Notes under the pieces: generated by a model | What the model was told of the DNA's origin: nothing | Database searches by the model: none | Seen by the model: the letters and a program-made list of their open reading frames with translations, nothing else | Assembly (NCBI GenBank): GCA_039588295.1 | Contig: JBDHAB010000018.1 | Span: 25,701-89,700 of the forward strand | Direction: 5' to 3' | DNA length: 64,000 nt | From: Gemmatimonadota bacterium | GTDB lineage: Bacteria; Gemmatimonadota; Gemmatimonadetes; Gemmatimonadales; GWC2-71-9 | Shown: in pieces, positions 40,878 through 50,793 of the stretch | How the letters are laid out: each line of letters opens with the position of its first letter | Numbering within the stretch: the first letter of the stretch is position 1 | Program-made: the position numbers and the translations under genes

Positions 40878-41792
40878 CTAGGCCCGAGGATGGAAGCTCT
40901 TGTGGACGCTCCGCAGGTAGTCGCGGTCGACGTGCGTATAGAGTTGCGTGGTGGACAGATCGGCGTGTCCCAACATCTCCTGCACCGCCCGGAGGTCAGC
41001 CCCGCCCTCCAACAGGTGCGTGGCAAACGTATGGCGCAGTGTGTGAGGGGTGACCCGCTTGGTAATCCCAGCGCGTTCGGCACACCGTTTGATGATACCC
41101 CACGCGCCAACGCGTGTGAGCGGACGCCCTCTGGCGTTGAGGAACAGCTTTCCCTCCGCCGCCCCTCGATCGAGCATCGGCCGGATCTCGCGTCCATACA
41201 GCGCCGCAGCACCCAGGGCCCGACGGCCGATCGGGACGAGCCGCTCCTTGGCGCCCTTGCCCAAGACGCGTACGAGCGCATCGTCGAACCAGATGTCGCT
41301 CACACCAAGCCCCACCAGCTCGGACACGCGGACTCCGGTGGCATACGCGACCTCGAGCATCGCGCGGTCTCTCCACGCCAAACGCTCGTCCACACTCGGG
41401 GCCGCCAACAGCGCCTCGACCTCGGAATGAGTGAGTACCTCCGGCAACCGTCGCCACGCTTTGGGCAGTTCGAGTCGGTCACTGGGGTCGTGCGCAGCAT
41501 GCCCCTCCGCCATGAGAAACCGGTAGTAGCTGCGAACCGTAGAGATCTGGCGCCGGATGCTAGACGCGGCGAGGCCGAGGTCCTTCAGCGAGTATACGAA
41601 CTCACGCAGGAGTCGCGGTGTGACCGCGCCGGGATCTGCAATCCCATGTGCGCGGGCGTAGGTCGCGAGCCGGCGGACGTCGTGGCTGTAGCTCGAGACG
41701 GTGTGCGAACTGCTCCCGGCCTCCAGTGCGAGATAGTCCTGGAACCCCTCCACTCGGAACGCTCGGTCGAGGGATGCGTACTCGTCGTTCAT
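40878..41792 (-). CDS. xerD: Site-specific tyrosine recombinase XerD
   Basis: [61 protein letters not shown]. Confidence 0.9.
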   Translation of the reverse strand: MNDEYASLDRAFRVEGFQDYLALEAGSSSHTVSSYSHDVRRLATYARAHGIADPGAVTPRLLREFVYSLKDLGLAASSIRRQISTVRSYYRFLMAEGHAAHDPSDRLELPKAWRRLPEVLTHSEVEALLAAPSVDERLAWRDRAMLEVAYATGVRVSELVGLGVSDIWFDDALVRVLGKGAKERLVPIGRRALGAAALYGREIRPMLDRGAAEGKLFLNARGRPLTRVGAWGIIKRCAERAGITKRVTPHTLRHTFATHLLEGGADLRAVQEMLGHADLSTTQLYTHVDRDYLRSVHKSFHPRA

Positions 41793-42409
41793 TGCCCCGA
41801 CCCGCGGATCTTGCGGCGCCGCAACGCCGCAGTTATGGCTGCGGCGATGGCAGCCACGACCAGCAATACGAGCACCGAGTTGAGCCGGGTCACGACGCGC
41901 ACCACGTCCTCGATTTGGCGTGCGGCCGACACCACGATCACCGTCACGAGCCCGTACCAGATCCCCGACGCCACCGCCATCGGGATGATCGACCGTGGCG
42001 CACTCAGCCGGGCGATTCCCGCAAACGGCGGAACGACAGCACGCACGCCCGGGATGAACCGGCTGACGAAGATCCCCCACGTGCCATAGCGGGCGTAGAG
42101 CTCCTCGATGCGCTTGAGTCGGTGCTCGCGGAGCAAGCGTCGGCCCAGGCGACCGGTGAAGAATTGGCGTCCGAGGGTCCGACCGGCGACGTAGACGGAC
42201 GTTGCAGCACCAACGTTCGCCGCCCACGTGATGCCAAAGACCGCCGTCGCCACCAGGGTTCCTCGCTGCGACAGGAAGGCACCGATGCCAACGGCAGTAT
42301 CGGCTGGGACGGGAGGGAAGACGTTTTCTGCCGCGGCAAGCGCCCCGATCAGCGCGTACACCGCGGCGTCAGGAAGCTCGAGGAGCCTCTCGATGATGGC
42401 GTCAAACAG
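41789..42409 (-). CDS. DedA family membrane protein
   Basis: [24 protein letters not shown]; probable CTG start 8 nt after GGAGG. Confidence 0.85.
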   Translation of the reverse strand: MFDAIIERLLELPDAAVYALIGALAAAENVFPPVPADTAVGIGAFLSQRGTLVATAVFGITWAANVGAATSVYVAGRTLGRQFFTGRLGRRLLREHRLKRIEELYARYGTWGIFVSRFIPGVRAVVPPFAGIARLSAPRSIIPMAVASGIWYGLVTVIVVSAARQIEDVVRVVTRLNSVLVLLVVAAIAAAITAALRRRKIRGSGQ

Positions 42410-42410
42410 G

Positions 42411-42890
42411 TTACGCGCCTCCCAGCGACGCGATGGCAAACACCTGCAGTGCCTTCCCCCGCCCGACCGAGTCCATCTTCTCGTTGGTCTTCGCCTTGAT
42501 CGAGACCGCCTGCGTCGGAACCCCGATTGCCCGAGCAACGTTCTCCCGCATCTCGGCAATGTAGGGCGCGAGTTTGGGCCGCTCAGTGATCACGGTGGCG
42601 TCGACGTTCACGATGGAGTAGCTCGCCGCCACGATGCGTCGCCGCACCTCCCGCAGGAGCTGCAGGGAATCGGCGTCCTTCCACCGCTCGTCCGTGTCCG
42701 GAAAGAGCTGTCCGATGTCTCCCATCGCCGCAGCACCAAGCAGCGCGTCGATCACAGCATGGGCTACTGCGTCGCCGTCGGAGTGCCCTTGCAGACCCTT
42801 TGAGTAGTCGATGGTCACTCCGCCCAAAATGAACGGACGCCGCTCGACAAACACGTGGGAGTCGTAGCCGATGCCGAATCGTTGCCGCAT
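42411..42890 (-). CDS. ispF: 2-C-methyl-D-erythritol 2,4-cyclodiphosphate synthase
   Basis: GIGYDSH, HSDGD, DALLGA, GDIG..FPDTD, KAKTNE. Confidence 0.96.
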   Translation of the reverse strand: MRQRFGIGYDSHVFVERRPFILGGVTIDYSKGLQGHSDGDAVAHAVIDALLGAAAMGDIGQLFPDTDERWKDADSLQLLREVRRRIVAASYSIVNVDATVITERPKLAPYIAEMRENVARAIGVPTQAVSIKAKTNEKMDSVGRGKALQVFAIASLGGA

Positions 42891-43005
42891 GCCAAGATGA
42901 TAGGTGGTAACCCAGACGTTCGGTAGGTCACGGTGAGACCGGTTCTTCGGGCCCGCTGGAAGCGCCGGTTGCCGAATCTCGGAGCGCTGATCATTCTGAG
43001 AGGCC

Positions 43006-44961
43006 ATGTCGCACACCCCGGATCAGGAATTCCTTGCCCTCCAAGAAGCCTTAGTCGGCCGCTACTCGCTCGAGCGGGAAGTCGGTCGGGGGGGAATGGG
43101 AATCGTCTACCTCGCCCACGAGGTGAGCCTGGATCGGCCGGTCGCCCTGAAGCTGCTGCCCCCGACGCTCGCGACCCAACCCCGGCTACGAGAGCGGTTC
43201 CTCCGCGAGGCCCGTACCGCCGCTAAGCTGTCGCACCCGAACATCGTTCCCATCTTCGCGGTGGACGAGGTAGACGAATTCGTCTTCTTCGCCATGGCGT
43301 ACATCGATGGCGAGTCTCTTGGCCACCGCATCCGCCGCAGCGGTCCCCTGCCCGCTTCAGAGGCGGCGCGCATTCTGCGGGAGGTGGCCTGGGCGCTTGC
43401 CTACGCCCACGCGCAGGGGGTGATTCACCGCGACGTCAAGCCCGACAACGTCCTGCTGGAGCGCGGCAGCGGGCGAGCATTAGTCGCAGACTTCGGCATC
43501 GCCCATGTTCATGAGCAGTCGGGTGCGACCCGCCCCGCGGAGATCCTCGGAACTGCGGAGTTCATGAGCCCGGAGCAGGCCAGCGGGCAGGAGGTGGATC
43601 ACCGGTCGGACCTGTATTCCTTGGGTGTGGTGGGCTACTACGCCGTTTCGGCACAGCTCCCCTTCGAGGCACCCTCCGTTGCCGCCTTGCTCGCCAAGCG
43701 TCTGGCGCAGCCGGCACCGCCCGTCAGCACGGTGGCGCCAGAGATTCCGCGACGGCTCACGCAGGTCATCGATCGTTGCCTGGTGAAGGAGATCGCGCAC
43801 CGCTTTGCCACCGCTGAAGAGCTCACCGAGGCACTGGGAAGAGCGCTCCAGACCAGCCAGGAGCTCCCCGTTCCGCTCCGGGTGTTCATCAAGCAGAATC
43901 GAGAGGGCTTCCGGGCGCTGTGGATTCTCTTCTTCTTCCTCGCCTTCTTCCTCCTCCCAAACCTATTCGGCTTCTTCTTCTATGCTGGCGGGTTCCTGGG
44001 AGGGGTCGGTATCACGCTGCTAGCAATGGTAGGAGTATTCGCGCTGGCTCCCTTGCCCATCTTCGCCCGTACGGCTCGACGACTCATCAGATCGGGATAC
44101 GGCGTGGAGGACGCGATATCGGCACTCAAGGCGGACGCGGGGCGTCGGCGTGAGGAGCTGGCGTTCGAGTTCGGAGGCAAGGTCTCCCTGGTCGAGCGGC
44201 TGGCGCGCTTCCTCGCTCTCGCCTCGCTCGCCGGATTCGTCGCTGGAATCGCCGGTGCGGTCATTGCGCCCGGCTCCGTGCCGTCTGCGGTACTCATGGG
44301 ATTCTCGCTTCCCATTGGCATCGGGGCTGGACTCGTCGCGGCCAGCCGCTACGAACGGCGCCGCGATGTCGTAGGCGAGCGCCGACTGCGGTTCTGGAAC
44401 AGCCGGCTCGGCCGGTGGGTGTTCAAGGTGGCCGGCATGGGACTCAAGCGCCTGCCGGAGGGAGGGGCCGCGACCTACCGTCGCACCGAGCTCGCGATCG
44501 GCTTGGCTGCGGATCGGCTCTTCAAGGAGTTACCCAAGCAGCTGCGGCAGTCGCTCGGGGAACTGCCGGTGGTGGTGCGTCGGCTCGAGGCGGACGCTCA
44601 ACGGATGCGCGCCCGGCTAGACGAGCTCAATGGGATCTTGGGAGACGTGAGCCGAGAGGGCGTCGCTGGTCAGGTACTGTCGTCCGTGGCCAGCGCGAAG
44701 GGATCGGTGACCGAACAGCGCGACGACCTCGTCGAAGATCTGCGGGCGGCTCGCGATGGTGCGCAACGGCGATTAGCGGATGCCGTGGCGTCACTCGAGA
44801 CCATTCGGCTCGATCTGTTGCGCATGCAGGCCGGTGTGCATTCCGTCGACAGCGTAACGGCGAATCTCGCGTCGGCCAGCAGCCTCTCAGACGAGATCGA
44901 GCGGCTGCTGGAAGGACAGCGGGAAGTGGAACGACTCCTCCAAGACGTGCGGGACCACTAG
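43006..44961 (+). CDS. Hanks-type Ser/Thr protein kinase with ~4 TM helices and a C-terminal coiled coil
   Basis: GRGGMG, VALK, HRDVKPDN, DFG, GTAEFMSPE, DLYSLG; two hydrophobic hairpins; heptad-rich tail. Confidence 0.93.
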   Translation: MSHTPDQEFLALQEALVGRYSLEREVGRGGMGIVYLAHEVSLDRPVALKLLPPTLATQPRLRERFLREARTAAKLSHPNIVPIFAVDEVDEFVFFAMAYIDGESLGHRIRRSGPLPASEAARILREVAWALAYAHAQGVIHRDVKPDNVLLERGSGRALVADFGIAHVHEQSGATRPAEILGTAEFMSPEQASGQEVDHRSDLYSLGVVGYYAVSAQLPFEAPSVAALLAKRLAQPAPPVSTVAPEIPRRLTQVIDRCLVKEIAHRFATAEELTEALGRALQTSQELPVPLRVFIKQNREGFRALWILFFFLAFFLLPNLFGFFFYAGGFLGGVGITLLAMVGVFALAPLPIFARTARRLIRSGYGVEDAISALKADAGRRREELAFEFGGKVSLVERLARFLALASLAGFVAGIAGAVIAPGSVPSAVLMGFSLPIGIGAGLVAASRYERRRDVVGERRLRFWNSRLGRWVFKVAGMGLKRLPEGGAATYRRTELAIGLAADRLFKELPKQLRQSLGELPVVVRRLEADAQRMRARLDELNGILGDVSREGVAGQVLSSVASAKGSVTEQRDDLVEDLRAARDGAQRRLADAVASLETIRLDLLRMQAGVHSVDSVTANLASASSLSDEIERLLEGQREVERLLQDVRDH

Positions 44962-44978
44962 GCTCCACCGGAAAGGAC

Positions 44979-46133
44979 CTACGAGCGACCAAGCGTTGCG
45001 AGGCGAGCCGCCGCGTCGCGCAGTGTGTCGGCGACCTTACAAAACGCGAATCGCACGAACCGGCCGCCGTCTTCCCGTCGGCTGAAGAAGCTGGATCCGG
45101 GTACTGGTGCAACTCCGACTTCTCGCGTCATGAACTCTGAGAACTGCGTGTCGTCGAGATCACTCAGGTCGGAGAAATCCGCCAACACGTAGTATGATCC
45201 CTGCGGTGGCGCGAATCGAAAGCCGGTGTGGAGAAGGGCTTCACACAGCACGTCCCGTCGCTCACGGTACTCAGCGATGAGTCGATCGTAGTACTCCGAC
45301 CCAAGGCTCTCGAGTCCAGCCGCGACGCCTTCCTGCAACGGTGCCGGTGCCCCGACGGTCAGAAAGTCGTGCACTTTGCGAATCGCGCCGGTCACAGCGG
45401 GCGGGGCAACGATGCTGCCAATCCGCCACCCCGTGACGCTGAAGGTCTTGGACGCGCCACTGGTCGTGATCGTGCGATCCTGCATCTCGTCGAGCGTCGC
45501 GATCGGAATGTGCTCTCCTTCGTAGTAGATGTGCTCATAGATCTCGTCGGTGACGGCGTATGCGTCGTGGCGACGGCACAGGTCGGCAATGGCGGTGAGT
45601 TCCTGCCTCGTGAGGACCCGACCTGTGGGATTGTTCGGCGTATTGATGATGATGGCGCGTGTCCGCGGGCCGAAGGACGCCGCGACGCGATCGAGGTCCA
45701 GTTCTTGGTGTGCCGGCATAGGCACGAATACCGGTGTCGCCCCGCACAGAATCGTATCCGGACCGTAGTTCTCGTAATAGGGTTCGAACACGATGACCTC
45801 GTCGCCTGCGTCGACGATGGACAGCATCACCGATGCCATCGCCTCCGTCCCTCCGCAGGCAATCGTGATCTCGGTCTCGGGATCGACCTTCATCCCGTAC
45901 CAATCCGCGTACTTCTTGGCCAACGCATCGCGGAGGCGCTTCGCTCCCCAGGTGATGGCGTACTGATTGATGTCGTCGCGGATCGCGCGGATCGCCGCCT
46001 CCTTGATCACGTCCGGCGCGGGGAAATCCGGAAAGCCTTGGGCCAGGTTGATGGCACCGTGCTCGTTGGCGAGTCGGGTCATTCCCCGAATCACCGATTC
46101 GGTGAAGGAGTGGGTGCGTTTCGCGGTATGCAT
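44979..46133 (-). CDS. Class I/II PLP-dependent aminotransferase (YbdL-like)
   Basis: NLAQGFPDF, NTPNNPTG, DEIYEH, SKTFSVTGWRIG, VRFAFCK. Confidence 0.92.
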   Translation of the reverse strand: MHTAKRTHSFTESVIRGMTRLANEHGAINLAQGFPDFPAPDVIKEAAIRAIRDDINQYAITWGAKRLRDALAKKYADWYGMKVDPETEITIACGGTEAMASVMLSIVDAGDEVIVFEPYYENYGPDTILCGATPVFVPMPAHQELDLDRVAASFGPRTRAIIINTPNNPTGRVLTRQELTAIADLCRRHDAYAVTDEIYEHIYYEGEHIPIATLDEMQDRTITTSGASKTFSVTGWRIGSIVAPPAVTGAIRKVHDFLTVGAPAPLQEGVAAGLESLGSEYYDRLIAEYRERRDVLCEALLHTGFRFAPPQGSYYVLADFSDLSDLDDTQFSEFMTREVGVAPVPGSSFFSRREDGGRFVRFAFCKVADTLRDAAARLATLGRS

Positions 46134-46192
46134 AAGGACGTAACGGGGGGCGAATCGGGAAGGCCCGTGCTCAGCGAACAGCGAGCACGGGA

Positions 46193-46600
46193 CTACCCAC
46201 CCAGAATGCGGAGTGCCAACAACGCGGCGTTCTTGGCGTTGCCGATTCCGACCGTGCCCACAGGGCAGCCGGGTGGTAGCTGGGCGATGGCATACAGGGC
46301 GTCGACGCCGTGCAACGGACCCACGTCCAGCGGCAGGCCAACGACTGGAAGCTCGGTCAACGCAGCTACCGATCCGGGCAGCGCCGCCGATAGGCCGGCG
46401 GCCGCGATAATGACACGATAGCCGTTCGCTTTCGCACTCTTCGCGATTTCAGCGGTGCCCTCCGGATTCCGATGTGCTGACGAGACCACGAACGCATATC
46501 CGACGCCGGCTTCATCGAGCACGTGCAACGCCGGTGCCACCCGTTCGCGGTCGCTCTCGGATCCGGCCATGATGAGAACGGGGGGCGACGCCGCGGCCAT
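46193..46600 (-). CDS. purE: PurE (N5-CAIR mutase / AIR carboxylase family), short form
   Basis: GSESD, SAHR, AG.SAALPG, LPVVGLP, Q.PPG.PVGTV, NAALLA. Confidence 0.9.
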   Translation of the reverse strand: MAAASPPVLIMAGSESDRERVAPALHVLDEAGVGYAFVVSSAHRNPEGTAEIAKSAKANGYRVIIAAAGLSAALPGSVAALTELPVVGLPLDVGPLHGVDALYAIAQLPPGCPVGTVGIGNAKNAALLALRILGG

Positions 46601-46613
46601 CAGTCCCGTGCCG

Positions 46614-47855
46614 TCACTCGGAAGACCGACCCAAAGCGAGGGTCACGTTGTGACCCCCGAATCCGAACGAGTTGGTCAGCGCATAGTCTACTTGACGTTC
46701 TACCTTCGTGTTGGGGGCGCAGTCGATGTTGCACTCGGGGTCCGGATATTCGTAATTGATCGTCGGCGGAATCACCCCACGCTCCATGACCAGCAACGTG
46801 ATCGAAGTCTCGAGCGCCCCCGCGGCACCAAGGAGGTGGCCGGTCATGGACTTGGTCGAGCCCATGACCACGTGGCGCGCGTGTTCCCCGAACAGGTCGT
46901 TGACCGCGTTCGTTTCGGCGATGTCGCCGTGTGGGGTCGACGTTCCGTGGGAATTGATGTAGCCGATGTCCTTCGGCTCGAGATCTGCGTCGTGCAGGCA
47001 TGCGATCATCGCCCGTTTTGCCCCATCGCCGCCCGGCGCGGGCTGGGTCATGTGGTGCGCATCGGCACTCATCCCGTATCCAAACACCTCCCCGAAAATA
47101 TGCGCGCCGCGGGCCACGGCGGCGCCGAGCGCTTCGAGAACCAGCACACCGGAACCATCGCCCATGACGAACCCGTCGCGCTCCTTGTCAAACGGACGCG
47201 ATGCCTGTTCGGGCGCATCGTTCCGCATCGAGAGAGCCTTCATGTTGGCGAAGCCCGCGATAGCCAACGGGGTCACCGCTGCTTCCGCCCCGCCGGTGAT
47301 CATCACGTCCGCGATCCCGCTCTGCACGAGCCGGAAGGATTCGCCGAATGCGTGGGCCGAGGATGCGCACGCCGAGACCGTGCAGTAGTTCGGCCCCTTC
47401 GCGCCATAGCGCATCGACACGAGTCCCGATGCCATGTCGGGAATGAACATCGGCACAAAGAACGGTGAGACGCGACGAGGCCCTTTCTCGAGGTAGATCT
47501 TGCACTGCTCCTCAAATGTCCAAATACCGCCGATCCCGCTTCCGATGATCACGCCCGTGCGCTCGGGCGATGGAAATCCGCCGTTGAAGCCAGCGTCCTG
47601 GATCGCCTGCTCGGCCGCAGCCATCGCATAGTGCACATAGCGGTCGGCGCGCTTCGCCTCTTTGCGGTCCATGTAATCGAGCGGGTCGAAGCCTTTGACC
47701 TCACATGCGAAGCGAACGTCGAGGGCCCCGGCATCGAACCGCTGGATCGGACCGGCGCCAGAACAACCCGCAACCAGGTTGGCCCAAGTGTCCTCCACCG
47801 TGAGCCCCAACGGCGAGACCAATCCCAGACCGGTGACGACGACCCGACGTTTCAA
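46614..47855 (-). CDS. fabF: 3-oxoacyl-ACP synthase II
   Basis: RRVVVTGLG, SACASS, SRPFDKERDGFV, HGTST, KSMTGHLLGAAG, NSFGFGG. Confidence 0.97.
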   Translation of the reverse strand: MKRRVVVTGLGLVSPLGLTVEDTWANLVAGCSGAGPIQRFDAGALDVRFACEVKGFDPLDYMDRKEAKRADRYVHYAMAAAEQAIQDAGFNGGFPSPERTGVIIGSGIGGIWTFEEQCKIYLEKGPRRVSPFFVPMFIPDMASGLVSMRYGAKGPNYCTVSACASSAHAFGESFRLVQSGIADVMITGGAEAAVTPLAIAGFANMKALSMRNDAPEQASRPFDKERDGFVMGDGSGVLVLEALGAAVARGAHIFGEVFGYGMSADAHHMTQPAPGGDGAKRAMIACLHDADLEPKDIGYINSHGTSTPHGDIAETNAVNDLFGEHARHVVMGSTKSMTGHLLGAAGALETSITLLVMERGVIPPTINYEYPDPECNIDCAPNTKVERQVDYALTNSFGFGGHNVTLALGRSSE

Positions 47856-47858
47856 GCG

Positions 47859-48107
47859 CTATTTCCCCATCTTCTCATGCAGGTACTTCAGCGCATCACC
47901 GACCGTGCGAAGCTTCTCAGCTTCCTCGTCCGGAATGTCGATGTCGAATTCCTTCTCGAAGGCCATCACGAGCTCAACAGTGTCGAGGCTGTCGGCTCCC
48001 AGGTCCTCCATGAAGCTGGCGCCCTCGGCGAGTTTCTCTCGCTCGACACCAAGCTCTTCGACGATGATGTCTTTGACTTTCTCTTCGAGCTCGTGCATGT
48101 CCGTCAT
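47859..48107 (-). CDS. acpP: Acyl carrier protein
   Basis: [20 protein letters not shown]. Confidence 0.97.
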   Translation of the reverse strand: MTDMHELEEKVKDIIVEELGVEREKLAEGASFMEDLGADSLDTVELVMAFEKEFDIDIPDEEAEKLRTVGDALKYLHEKMGK

Positions 48108-48137
48108 CGTTGGCCTCTCGGATGGGAAACGGTTGAA

Positions 48138-48875
48138 CTACATGACCATGCCGCCGTCGACTACCAGCACTTGGCCCGTAATGTAGTCGGCGAGGCCCGA
48201 AGCAAGAAAGAGGACGGCTCGGGCCACCTCACTAGGTGAACCCAGCCGGCGAAGTGGAATCTGGCGCAGCAATTCCTCCCGCACGCTCTCCGGGAGCACC
48301 TTCGTCATCTCCGTATCGATGAATCCCGGTGCGATGGCGTTCACGAGGACGTTGCGTGCGGCCAGCTCCCTGGCAATCGATTTCGTGAAGCCGATCACTC
48401 CGGCCTTTGACGCGGCATAGTTGGCCTGCCCCGCATTGCCGCGCAGACCCACCACACTGGCGATGTTCACGATCCGACCCCAACGCCGCTTCATCATCCC
48501 GCGGGAGATGAGCTTGGTGGCATTGTAGGTGCCTTTCAAGTTGACCTTGAGGACGAGGTCCCAGTCCTCCTCGTCCATTCGCATCAGGAGTCCGTCCCGT
48601 GTAATGCCGGCGTTGTTCACGAGAATGTCGATCGGCCCGAGATTCTGTTCGACCTCCGTGACAGCTCCCTCGAGCGCCTTCGCGTCGGACACGTCAGCGG
48701 AAACTCCCAAGGCCTGGGCCTCGCCCGCGAGCGCCGCCGCTGCTTCTGACGCGCCCTGGAGGTCGCTGATCGCTACACCGGCCCCAGCATCGGACAACAG
48801 CTGGGCGATCGCGTTGCCAATCCCGCGCGCGCCCCCAGTAACGAACGCCACCTTGCCCGCGAGATCCACCGTCAT
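48138..48875 (-). CDS. fabG: 3-oxoacyl-ACP reductase
   Basis: TGGARGIG, NNAGITRD, NYAASK, APGFIDTEMT, VDGGM. Confidence 0.96.
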   Translation of the reverse strand: MTVDLAGKVAFVTGGARGIGNAIAQLLSDAGAGVAISDLQGASEAAAALAGEAQALGVSADVSDAKALEGAVTEVEQNLGPIDILVNNAGITRDGLLMRMDEEDWDLVLKVNLKGTYNATKLISRGMMKRRWGRIVNIASVVGLRGNAGQANYAASKAGVIGFTKSIARELAARNVLVNAIAPGFIDTEMTKVLPESVREELLRQIPLRRLGSPSEVARAVLFLASGLADYITGQVLVVDGGMVM

Positions 48876-49804
48876 GCGTGTTGCTCCAGAAACGAGGTGA
48901 TCTGAGCGGCGGTCCCCAGCGCGGTCGCGCGACGACCAGGAACGATACGCCGCAGGAGTCCGCTCAGCACCGAACCCGGTCCGACTTCCACGAACCCAAC
49001 CTCCGGGCCCGCAATCGCTACCGCGCACTCCATCGATGCCACCCACCGGACCGGTGCCGTGAGCTGCGCGCCCAGAAACGCTCGGGCCCCGGCCGCATCC
49101 GTCACGGGTTCGGCACTGGCATTGGCGACGACAGGACAGCTGGGATCGGCAAACGACACTCCGTCCAACTCCCCAACCAAGTCGTGCTCAGCCGGTTCCA
49201 TGAGTGGAGAGTGAAACGCCCCGCTGACGTTGAGCGGGAGCACGCGCTTGGCACCCAACTCCCTGAGCTGCTCGCTAGCGCGGTGGACGGCCTCGGGGTC
49301 CCCCGAGATGACCGTCTGATCCCGTGCATTCAGGTTTGCGGCGACCACAACACGCTCGGAATTGCTCGTCGCGCGGCAGGTCTCGGCTACGACGTCACCG
49401 TCCAGTCCGACCACGGCAGCCATGGTTCCCCGACGCTGCCGCCCCGCGTCGAACATCAACTCACCGCGCCGCCGGACGAGCCGCACCGCGTCCGCCACGC
49501 CCAGCGCCCCAGCCGACGCATAGGCGCTGTACTCTCCCAACGAGTGCCCAGCGGCCACGATCGGCTGCAGCACCTCCTGCAGAACGGCGAACGCGGCGAG
49601 GGAATGCGTTAGGATAGCCGGCTGTGCGTTGTGCGTGAGGGTGAGGTCGGTCTCCGAACCGTGCCACATGAGCTGCGAGAGCGGGAACCCCAGTGCGGTA
49701 TCCGCCTGTTCGAACACAGCTCGCGCCTCGGGAAACGCCTCTGCGAGGTCCTGACCCATCCCGACTTTCTGCGCGCCCTGCCCCGGGTACAGCAGCGCTG
49801 CCAT
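48872..49804 (-). CDS. fabD: Malonyl-CoA:ACP transacylase
   Basis: PGQGAQ, GHSLGEY, VSGAFHS, PVRW, EVGPG. Confidence 0.96.
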   Translation of the reverse strand: MAALLYPGQGAQKVGMGQDLAEAFPEARAVFEQADTALGFPLSQLMWHGSETDLTLTHNAQPAILTHSLAAFAVLQEVLQPIVAAGHSLGEYSAYASAGALGVADAVRLVRRRGELMFDAGRQRRGTMAAVVGLDGDVVAETCRATSNSERVVVAANLNARDQTVISGDPEAVHRASEQLRELGAKRVLPLNVSGAFHSPLMEPAEHDLVGELDGVSFADPSCPVVANASAEPVTDAAGARAFLGAQLTAPVRWVASMECAVAIAGPEVGFVEVGPGSVLSGLLRRIVPGRRATALGTAAQITSFLEQHA

Positions 49805-50793
49805 TACCACCGCAGCACCACACTCCCCCAGGTAAAGCCACCGCCGAAGGCAACCATCAGCACCAGCGACCCTTCTCGAATCAGACCGTCACGCACGCAC
49901 TCGTCGAGCGCGATCGGGATCGATGCGGCAGACGTATTGCCGTATCGATCCACATTGACGTAGACCTTCTCCATTGGGATCCCAGCATGCTTCGCCGTCG
50001 ATTCGATGATGCGGATATTGGCCTGGTGTGGAATGAGCAAGTCGACGTCCTGACCACTCACACCCGCACGCGTGAGCGCCTGATCGGCGGCGTCCGCCAT
50101 GGACAGCACGGCCGCCTTGAACACCTCGCGACCCGCCATCTTGATGAAGTAGCCCCGATCCTTCAGCATCTGCTCATCGGGCGGGTGATTGCCGCCTCCA
50201 CCCGGCCGGTACAACAGGTTACCCAAGGAGCCGTCCGTCTTGATATACGTGGACAGGATCCCGCTTCCGTCGCCGGTCGTGGGCTGGACGAGGCTCGCCC
50301 CAGCCCCATCACCAAAGAGAATGGCCGTGGCTCGGTCGCTGTAGTCGGTAATGGTGGAAAGGCGATCGGCACCCACGACGAGCACGTTGCGGGCGGTCTC
50401 ACTGGCGACGAGGCTCTCCGCCACCACGAGACCATACACGAAGCCGCTGCAGGCCGCTGCCACGTCGAAGGCGGCGGCGTTGCGGGCACCGAGCTCTGCT
50501 TGGAGATCACAGGCCGTGGACGGGAGCAAGCGATCCGGTGTCGCCGTGCCGACCAGAATGGCATCCACCTCGTCCACGGTCAGTCCGGCCTCGTCCAGGA
50601 CTTGGAGACACGCCACCTTGCTCATGTACGCCAACGTCTCGTGTTGCTCGGCGATTCGACGCTCTCGGATGCCGGACCGCTCGCGGATCCATTGATCCGA
50701 CGTCTCGACCATGCGCTCGAGATCGGCGTTTGACAGGATCTTCTCCGGGGTATATCGGCCCGTGCCGACAAGCCGCACAATCGGGCGCTTCAC
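49804..50793 (-). CDS. fabH: 3-oxoacyl-ACP synthase III
   Basis: AACSGF, FGDGAGA, PHQAN, GNTSAAS, FGGGFTWG. Confidence 0.97.
   Translation of the reverse strand: MKRPIVRLVGTGRYTPEKILSNADLERMVETSDQWIRERSGIRERRIAEQHETLAYMSKVACLQVLDEAGLTVDEVDAILVGTATPDRLLPSTACDLQAELGARNAAAFDVAAACSGFVYGLVVAESLVASETARNVLVVGADRLSTITDYSDRATAILFGDGAGASLVQPTTGDGSGILSTYIKTDGSLGNLLYRPGGGGNHPPDEQMLKDRGYFIKMAGREVFKAAVLSMADAADQALTRAGVSGQDVDLLIPHQANIRIIESTAKHAGIPMEKVYVNVDRYGNTSAASIPIALDECVRDGLIREGSLVLMVAFGGGFTWGSVVLRW

Noticed and set aside
40878..41792. Tyrosine recombinase as a phage or island integrase
   Set aside because: Size and motifs fit housekeeping XerD, it sits in an ispF-dedA operon, and no att repeats or cargo genes are visible.
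46193..46600. PurE-like ORF as LarB, the partner of larC
   Set aside because: It has the PurE motifs SAHR and Q.PPG.PV and lacks the LarB N-terminal domain and its characteristic motifs.
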